DNA of 16,818 bases, taken from NCBI RefSeq assembly GCF_006345805.1, contig NW_021825138.1:1-16818 (forward strand), in the 5' to 3' direction. Both the position numbers and the translations under genes were made by a program. The notes beneath the pieces were generated by a model that worked only from the letters and a program-made list of their open reading frames with translations, had not been told where the DNA came from and did not search any database. Positions 9,776 to 16,818 of the stretch are shown here, in pieces. The DNA is from Octopus sinensis (Eukaryota). Each line of letters begins with the position of its first letter. Within the stretch, counting starts at the first letter, position 1.

Positions 9776-10100
9776 ATGAAAGGCAAAGTCGACCTCGGCG
9801 GAATTTGAACTCACTACGCAGTGGCGGACGAAATACCACAAAGCATTTCGCCCGGCGTGCTAACGTTTCTTTTTTCTTTATTGCTCACAAGGGGCTAAAC
9901 ATAGAGGGGACAAACAAGGACAGACAAAGGGATTAAATCGATTACATCGACCCTAGTGCGTAACTAGTTCTTAATTTATCGACTCCGAAGGGATGAAAGG
10001 CAAAGTCGACCTCGACGGAATTTGAACTTACTACGCAGTGGCGGACGAAATACCACAAAGCATTTCGCCGGCATGCTAATATTTCTGCCAGCTCGCCGCC
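9776..10100 (-). mobile_element. SINE-B dimer (full monomer plus partial second unit, 217-bp period)
   Basis: Head GGCGGCGAGCTGGCAGAA at 10100. AGGCAAAGTCGACCTC recurs at 9781 and 9998. Confidence 0.9.
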
Positions 10101-10336
10101 TTCCACGTGGTTATTTTTTGGTTATTGAATGCTTATAACACATGAGGTATGAGGTGGTCGAGAGATATGCTAAAAACAATAGCTACATAGGCATTAAATC
10201 ACGTGTCAAAGTTTTTTTTTTTCTTTTTGGTCTTTGCAAAACCGTACGAATTCCCTTGTGTAGAATAGAAATTCGCAAAGATTTCTAAAAATTTCCCAAA
10301 ATAAAGAAGTTATGAGAAAATATATGTCATGCGTAA

Positions 10337-10786
10337 TATAGGCGCAGAAGTGGCTGCGTGGTAAGTAGCTTGTCTATCAACCACATGGTCCCGGGTTCAG
10401 TCCCACTGCGTGGCATCTTGGGCAAGTGTCTTCTGCTATAGCCCCGGGCCGACCAATGCCTTGTGAGTGGATTTGGTAGACGGAAACTGAAAGAAGCCTG
10501 TCGTATATATGTATATATATATATATAAGTGTGTATATATGTATATATATATAAGTGTGTATGTATGTGTTTGTGTGTCTGTGTTTGTTCCCCTAGTATT
10601 GCTTGACAACCGATGCTGGTGTGTTTACGTCCCTGTCACTTAGCGGTTCGGCAAAAGAGAACGATAGAATAAGTACTGGGCTTACAAAAGAATAAGTCCC
10701 GGGGTCGAGTTGCTCGATTAAAGGCGGTGCTCCAGCATGGCCACAGTCAAATGACTGAAACAAGTAAAAGAGTAAAGAGTAAGAGT
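10337..10786 (+). mobile_element. Full-length SINE-A with 8-bp TSD
   Basis: A-box-like TGGCTGCGTGG (10351), B-box-like GGTTCAGTCCC (10394-10404), central TA/TG tract and (AGTAAAAG)-like tail. ATGCGTAA lies at 10329-10336 and 10787-10794. Confidence 0.93.
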
Positions 10787-10920
10787 ATGCGTAAAGCGGC
10801 ATTTCCTCAATGCTTGATTGGTTCACAGTTGACAACACGTGCAGTCACGCACAAAATGACAGCTTACAAATTCTGTTTTCTGATTGGGTAAAAATAGTCA
10901 AACCTTCAACCTCCCTTTTA

Positions 10921-11312
10921 TTCTTTTATTCTTTTACTCTTTTACTTGTATCAGTCATGTGATTGTGGCCATGCTGGAGCACCGCCTTAAGTCGAGCAAA
11001 TCGACCCCAGGACTTTACTCTTTGTAAGCCTAGTACTTATTCTATCGGTTACTTTTGCTGAACTTACGGGGGCGTAAGCACACCAGTATCGGTTGTCAAG
11101 CGATGTTGGAGGGAGCACAAATACATACATATAAATATACATATATACGACGGGCTTCTTTCCGTTTCCATCTACCAAATCCACTCACAAGGCTTTGGTC
11201 GGCCCGAGGCTATAGTAGAAGACACTTGCCCAAGGTGCCACGTAGCGGGACTGAACCCGGAACCATGTGGTTGGTAAGCAAGCTACTTACCACACAGCCA
11301 CTCCTGCGCCTA
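10921..11312 (-). mobile_element. Full-length SINE-A, inverted relative to 10337-10786
   Basis: Colinear reverse-complement match, with the head TAGGCGCAGGAGTGGCTGTGTGG at 11312. Confidence 0.93.
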
Positions 11313-11560
11313 CTCATGCCGCATGTCACGATGGTATCCTGCGACTCATTTGAGAGTTGATGTCCACGTTAAGGTATTTCTGTCTTGCAATGGTCAACTA
11401 GCAACAATTTATGTGATAGTCTTAACGATTCTGACCTCGAAGGGCCGACTAAATCTATGTGAGGGTACTGCCCCCTTTTCGCCAGACCAAGAAAATAAAT
11501 AAAATGTTAGAAGATGCAAACCGTTCATATTTCAACTGAAAATCCCGAACAGCGGCCATC

Positions 11561-11760
11561 TTTTTTCTTTTATCTTATACCGGTTTCAGTCATTGGACTG
11601 CAGCCATGCTGAAACACCACCGTCTTAAATAGTTTAATCGAACAAATCGACCCAGTAGTTAATTTTTAGGGCTAGTACTGATACTATCAGTCTCTCCTTT
11701 TGTCGAAGCGCTAAGTTTCGGGGATAACACCGGTTGTCGGGCGGTGGTGGGGGGAAATAA
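11561..11760 (-). mobile_element. Diverged SINE-A 3' half
   Basis: TTTCAGTCATTGGACTGCAGCCATGCTG...CAAATCGACCC...GCTAAGT...CGGTTGTC. Confidence 0.78.
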
Positions 11761-11803
11761 ACAAACTCAAGTGTGTCTTTGTGTTTGTAGACGTGGTAAG
11801 CGT

Positions 11804-11935
11804 GGTAGGAGTGGCTGCGTGGTTAAGAAGTTCGCTTCGCAACTACATGGGAACTTGGGCAAGATTCTTCTGCTATAGCTTCGGGATGATCAAAGCCTTG
11901 TGAGTGGATTTGATTGATGGAAACTGAAAGAAGTC
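11804..11935 (+). mobile_element. Diverged SINE-A 5' half
   Basis: AGGAGTGGCTGCGTGGTTAAG...CTTGGGCAAG...CAAAGCCTTGTGAGTGGATTTG...GGAAACTGAAAGAAG. Confidence 0.8.
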
Positions 11936-12704
11936 TGAAATAAATTTGGTTTGCAAGATTCTTTATATGAATTCGTGTGTTGAAGCATATTCTGGGATCT
12001 TTTCAGTTTGAAGGCCAGATTTTCCTAGTTAACTAAACAATTTGAAACTTCGTATACTGGTAGAATGTGTCAAAAGAAAACATAATTGTAAACCAAAATG
12101 AAAACGGAATTGTAATTTCTAAGTTTAACGTTGTTTAAAAATTCGAATTTTAACCAATGATATTCTTTCTTTCGACCTCATATTATTTACTGCCTCTCAA
12201 AATATTGTTACTGTGACGTAAACAGCTATTTTGCGACGTAGTTAACGTAAACATGTAAACAGACCTAGAGATTCGTTTGTAACGTAAACATCCGTTCATC
12301 GTAAATAGCTAAATTCGCTTGGCATCGTACACAGCTTTTTCAGTTCCCTAGAATTATATTTGAAAGAAAATAAAAAGAAAAGATTCATACGCATAAATAT
12401 CCATCCTTAGACATCAGAAAATGAGTGTTTAAATTATTTTCCATTGTTGCATTGCTTACCACCACACCACATACATACATACATACTAAAATTACATCGT
12501 TGGAGGCAGTAATTTATTTATGTATTTTTGTGATACAATTTATTTTAAAGCTGAATCCCTATCCTGCCATTAACCCCTTTCTTATAAAATAGTTGAAGAA
12601 TCTGGGGTGTAGGTATTGGGCCAGTATTGGAACTTTAACTTCTTGCTCTCTATCTTATGATGTCCGAAATTTAAGAATCTTGTGTTAACTGGGCTCTTAT
12701 TATT

Positions 12705-13130
12705 TACTCTGACTCTGCCACCACCTCAATGCAAAGACTATCAATATCAGAATCAGCTTCACAACCACCACTACAACCATTACTACAACCTCCAATGCCA
12801 CCACCACAACCATCTTCTGCAACCACAACCCCAAGATCAATACCAGCATCATATTCAAAATCACCAATTTCACCACCACTACACTCTGCAATGTCTTCAA
12901 CACTACCATCCATGAGATATCCTAACATAATCAATGCTACTACTACTATCATCATCATTATCATTATCATCCACTGCCGCCCGCCACCACCACCACCTCT
13001 ACAAAAACACCAACACTATAATTGCTGCCATCATACACATCCACTGTCACCACTACACCACCACCACCACTGCCATGATAACCACATCTACCACCTCCAA
13101 CACCATTGCCACCACTATCTATGAGACATC
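12705..13130. repeat. Degenerate CAC/CAT/CAA trinucleotide low-complexity tract
   Basis: Three-base periodicity. ORFs are open in several frames on both strands with poly-P/T/H/V/G content. Confidence 0.75.
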
Positions 13131-13176
13131 CTAAGTTAGATACTACTTTCACTTTCTAGTTGCTCTTTGAGTTTAA

Positions 13177-13568
13177 CTTTATATATAAAAGAGAGGTTGT
13201 GTATCTGTCCTCCTACGATTTAGATTCCTAACTACTACTCCCACATTTTGCGGTGCAGTTAACCAAAACCGGGTATCTTATAGTCGTGATTCATATCGAG
13301 CCCTTCTGGGTATTAGCGCGTGTCTACGATGAGTCTACGATTTAAAAAAAAATTTACATCATTTTTTTCCATTTTAATGCCATTTTTTTTTGCTATTATA
13401 TAAGGGAAGTAACTCTCTAAAAATGTCTACGATGAGTCAACGATTAAAAAAAAAATTTACCATCATTTTTTTCCATTTTTAATGCATTTTTTGGCTATAA
13501 CTCTCTAAAAATGCTTATATAGTTATTTCCCTTACAAACCCGAGCAACGCCGGGCGATACTGCTGCAG
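13177..13568 (+). mobile_element. Probable non-autonomous Helitron-like element with internal tandem duplication
   Basis: Starts (C)TTTATATATAAAA. A 3' hairpin CCCGAGCAACGCCGGG (13539-13554) lies about 10 nt before a CTAG-like end (CTGCAG|T). Internal duplication TGTCTACGATGAGTC...AACTCTCTAAAAA at 13321-13423 and 13424-13511. The canonical 5' TC and 3' CTAG are imperfect. Confidence 0.6.
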
Positions 13569-14233
13569 TTATATCTAATCTATCTCTCTAAAAGATGCAA
13601 AGCAAGTAGCATTAAATGGTGAATGGATGTGAGCAGAAAGACAGTAAGTTCCATTCCAGTTTACAACAATTATAGAATTATTCTCAAACCATAAATGAAG
13701 GGTGGAGAGGAGTGAGGAGGAGTCATGTTTCCTCTGAGAGGTTACAGAAGTAATAAGCACTGAAAAGTGGAGTTTGCGTTATTATTTTTGTTTCATATTT
13801 ACAATTATTTCTACAAATTCATTTTGACTTATCTTCAATCATGTTTATAAAACGTGACCGCTGTGCCGTCCACTATAAACATTGATTAATGTCCTATATT
13901 TAAGCGGTAGACAAACACTTCAGCATATTATTTTTGTAGAGAGTTGCGAGGGATCATTTCTATGAACGGGGTATCTGTACAACGGATATGACTACATCAT
14001 TATTGTGGAGTCGTTTAAAAACACAATGCAAGATTAAGTCAACATGGAATTTTGAAACAATCATAAATTGTTCTATATTTTTAGAGATGAGGAATTCTGT
14101 ACAATATTTACATTTTTTACATTGGACGGATATTTGTCCTCATCTTGTTTGTTGCTACCACAAAATTTCGGCTGATTTACTCTCCAGCCTTCATTAGGTG
14201 TCCTGGTAGAATTTTGAATCCAACCCTAGGTTC

Positions 14234-14279
14234 TAAGGTGCCACGCAGTGTGAATGAACCCGAAACTATGTGGCTGGTA
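14234..14279 (-). mobile_element. SINE-A head fragment
   Basis: TAAGGTGCCACGCAGTGTGAATGAACCCGAAACTATGTGG matches 11232-11270. Confidence 0.65.
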
Positions 14280-14443
14280 TGGCCTGTCAGGGAGTCACCA
14301 TTGCTTTCGCGCCTTTTACGTTCTTAGCAGTGGGAGACGTCTATATTGCTAAGAGTATAAAAAGAGTGAAACCAATGGTAACGTCCTGACTGGTCGTAAA
14401 CCACAACTACATTAGATATTACTACGATATATCTAAAAAAACA

Positions 14444-14675
14444 TTTACTTGTCTCAGTCATTCGACATATTCTATCGGTTAATTTCGTCGAACTTCTAAG
14501 TTGCGGGGATGGAAAGGAAGTCAACAAGCGGTTGTCTGGGACAAGCACGAAGCTAGCCCCCTCCGGCCCACAAACACGTATATACGACGGGCTTTTTTCA
14601 GTTTCCATCGTCCAAATCTATTTGACCTAGTGACCAGGCAGCAAACTTCTTGTCACACAGTCACTCCTACGCCTA
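14444..14675 (-). mobile_element. Internally deleted, degraded SINE-A
   Basis: TTTACTTGTCTCAGTCATT...TATTCTATCGGT...TATACGACGGGCTT...ACACAGTCACTCCTACGCCTA. Confidence 0.75.
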
Positions 14676-14811
14676 TATATATATATCAACCCTATACATA
14701 CACATCCAGACCCCTCCCACGCCTTTACTGGTCCCTCAAATCCCGTTTATCAACCCTATTATATCTCCTTATTTCGCTCTCGCGTCTCATTGTTTGATCT
14801 TTGACCTCTGC

Positions 14812-15035
14812 CGAAATCAGATACCATGTTGATTCGTTAGCTACTGCACGCATTTTTTTTTCTCTCTCTTCTTTCTGTGTTTTTCTCTCTCTGTGTATCT
14901 TTCTGTTGAAGAGCGTAGGCTCGAAACGTTAAAGACTTGTTTTATCTTATATTTCCTGAGCGCCATACTAATACAATTGTTCGTTTGTTTTCCACCTGCC
15001 TTCGTCTTTTGTTTATTTTCATAAAGCTTCCCGTT
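14812..15035 (+). mobile_element. Short Penelope-like element, subfamily 2, with variant hammerhead at 14898-14935, ending in (TA)n
   Basis: Homologous to the reverse complement of 3499-3725. Motif: TCTTT-CTGTTGA-A-GAGC-gtag-GCTC-GAAAC-GTT-AAAGA. Confidence 0.7.
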
Positions 15036-15066
15036 TATATATATATATATATATAATATATATATG

Positions 15067-15160
<94 letters not shown>
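15036..15160. repeat. (TA)n microsatellite
   Basis: Directly visible. Confidence 0.97.
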
Positions 15161-15161
15161 C

Positions 15162-15262
15162 ACGTCCCGTAGCTTAGCGTTTTGGAAAAGAAACCGATAG
15201 AATAAGTGCTAGGGTTCCAAAGAGTAAGTTCTGGGGTCGATTTCTATAACTAAAAAACCTTC
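15162..15262 (+). mobile_element. SINE-A 3'-half fragment
   Basis: ACGTCCCGTAGCTTAGCG...ACCGATAGAATAAGTGCTAGG...TGGGGTCGATT. Confidence 0.8.
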
Positions 15263-15271
15263 AAACTCTGC

Positions 15272-15320
15272 TTGTTGTTCTTTCACCTGTCTTCGTCGTT
15301 TGTTTTCTGTAAATTTGAAC
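15272..15320 (+). mobile_element. Isolated 3' tail of the Penelope-like family, running into (CA)n at 15321-15420; a similar tail lies on the minus strand at about 16345-16400
   Basis: CACCTGTCTTCGTC(G/T)TTTG...TTTTCTGTAAAT resembles CACCTGCCTTCGTCTTTTG at 14993-15011. Confidence 0.55.
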
Positions 15321-15737
15321 TACACACACACACACACACGCGCGCGCACACTCACACACACACACACACGCACACATACACACACACACCACACACACAC
15401 ACACTATATATAATATATATAGTAAAAGATTAATGAGTGCGTGCGTTACATAAATAATATCTTCAGGATTAAATAAAAAGACAACAACGGAAAAATGACA
15501 TATCTATATATATATAATTAAAAATAAACGTATTGTAAATAAACAAACGAACACATACTAATGCCACAGGCGAACAGAAAACACACAAGGTCACAAATTC
15601 TTCATCAGTTATCAGCAAGGGAGTCAAACGCAATTTCGGGCATAATCGATAATATTGTTTCTTTCGCTGTTCGCAAAAGTTCGTATTCCATATTTTCGTA
15701 TTTCGTATTTCCTGTTTTTTACCTTCTGTGACGTCCT

Positions 15738-15836
15738 GTACACATATATGCATATGTATATACATATATATGTAAGTATATACATACACACATACATACA
15801 TACATACATACATACATACATACATACATGCTACAA

Positions 15837-15908
<72 letters not shown>
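15738..15908. repeat. (TACA)n plus (TA)n microsatellite
   Basis: Directly visible. Confidence 0.97.
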
Positions 15909-15910
<2 letters not shown>

Positions 15911-16135
15911 CATTATCTATAAACATTACAATTGTTTCGACACATTTTTACACTTGTTCATTGGTGAGATGTTGTGTAATCATTATCACCAATTCAAGGT
16001 GTGAAATGCACCTTCTTTGAGTAAGACTTTATACGAGCTTTACATAGCATACCACAAGGGTTTTTACCCGTATATTTACTCGCGTATGTGTGTATATGTA
16101 TAAAAGCGGAGCAAGAGTACACACGAAGACAGAAA

Positions 16136-16181
16136 GTGTCGCTGAAGAGTTCACAGAGGTGTGACGAAAGATTTCCGGACG
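16136..16181 (+). ncRNA. Type I hammerhead ribozyme-like motif with intact core
   Basis: CTGAAGA (16142-48); stem II GT(T)CACA-gagg-TGTGAC with the G10.1-C11.1 pair; GAAA (16166-69); AGATTT self-complementary stem III; UUC site; stem I TGTCG/CG(G)ACG. Confidence 0.5.
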
Positions 16182-16434
16182 ATAAACATAAATTAGAATA
16201 AGAACAGTAATAAATGAGTGAAAAGGGATTATATAGTGCGCCTGTTTATTTGGCAAAAAGAGTGAAAAAATAACTATCTTGAAATACAACAATATCTGTT
16301 TCAACGCACGGTTTCACATCAAGAATCTTGCAGCACACATATATAAAAGGATATATTTACAGAAAACAACAAAAGACGAAGACAGGTGCAGGAATAACAA
16401 GCAGGTGCATTAGTTTGACTGAATATATATAGAG

Positions 16435-16535
16435 AATACCAAACGAGTTCCCTATGGATACCGTATTTATTACAACGTGTGGCTTGTAAACAAGTTGTAA
16501 TAAATACGATATCCATAGGGAATGAGTTTGGTATT
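16435..16535. repeat. Near-perfect inverted repeat (42-bp arms, 17-nt loop)
   Basis: 16435-16476 pairs with 16494-16535, with 38 of 42 positions Watson-Crick complementary. Confidence 0.92.
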
Positions 16536-16631
16536 TCATTTATTACACACGAATAAACGACCATATTTTATTAACCCAATAACTAAATTCTTCACGTTTA
16601 GTTGTAACTTATGAATGACAAAAGTAGTACC

Positions 16632-16735
16632 GTCACCGTGACGTCGGGTCATCACCATGGATTTACCAATCAGAAGCAGCGCTGTCACCGTGACCTCGGG
16701 TCATCACCATGGATTGACCAATCAGAAGCAGAGCT
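16632..16735 (+). repeat. Two-copy 52-bp direct repeat, each copy with a GTCAC-C-GTGAC palindrome and CCAATCAG
   Basis: Units 16632-16683 and 16684-16735 are identical at 49 of 52 positions. Confidence 0.92.
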
Positions 16736-16818
16736 CGCAGTATCTGACATATGTTAGATACCAAAAATATCTCAAAGTGTTCTCACTCACATGTGTGTAA
16801 TAATATATATTATATATA

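Noticed and set aside
10341-10410. tRNA gene (A and B boxes)
   Set aside because: No cloverleaf is evident, and it continues into a multi-copy SINE body, so it is a tRNA-derived SINE head.
13568-13649. Candidate exon ending at GTAAGT (13644)
   Set aside because: All three frames from the nearby acceptors contain stops.
15590-15610. Minus-strand CTGATGA as another hammerhead
   Set aside because: No stem II or GAAA follows; at most it is a deleted remnant.

Overview
Repeat-saturated eukaryotic non-coding DNA (intron or intergenic) with no supportable host protein-coding gene. Nearly all long ORFs in the track are microsatellite read-throughs. The SINE families and the very high microsatellite density match what I recall from Octopus (coleoid cephalopod) genomes; this is inference, not a database result. 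Contents: (1) long microsatellite tracts (AAT/GAT, GA, TATG, GATA, TA, CA); (2) about 12 copies or fragments of a tRNA-headed SINE (here SINE-A) and 3 loci of a second tRNA-headed SINE (SINE-B), two of them tandem multimers; (3) four remnants of an L1/Tx1-like LINE, three of whose 3' ends abut three different microsatellites; (4) a CR1-like 3' end nested in a SINE; (5) a 264-bp MITE with long TIRs, a Helitron-like non-autonomous element and a 42-bp-arm hairpin; (6) short (TA)n-terminated, Penelope-like elements carrying minimal hammerhead ribozyme motifs, plus a separate hammerhead motif with an intact core. The most interesting signals are the hammerhead-bearing short elements, the 3' tail shared between SINE-B and the Tx1-like LINE, and the apparent microsatellite targeting of that LINE.
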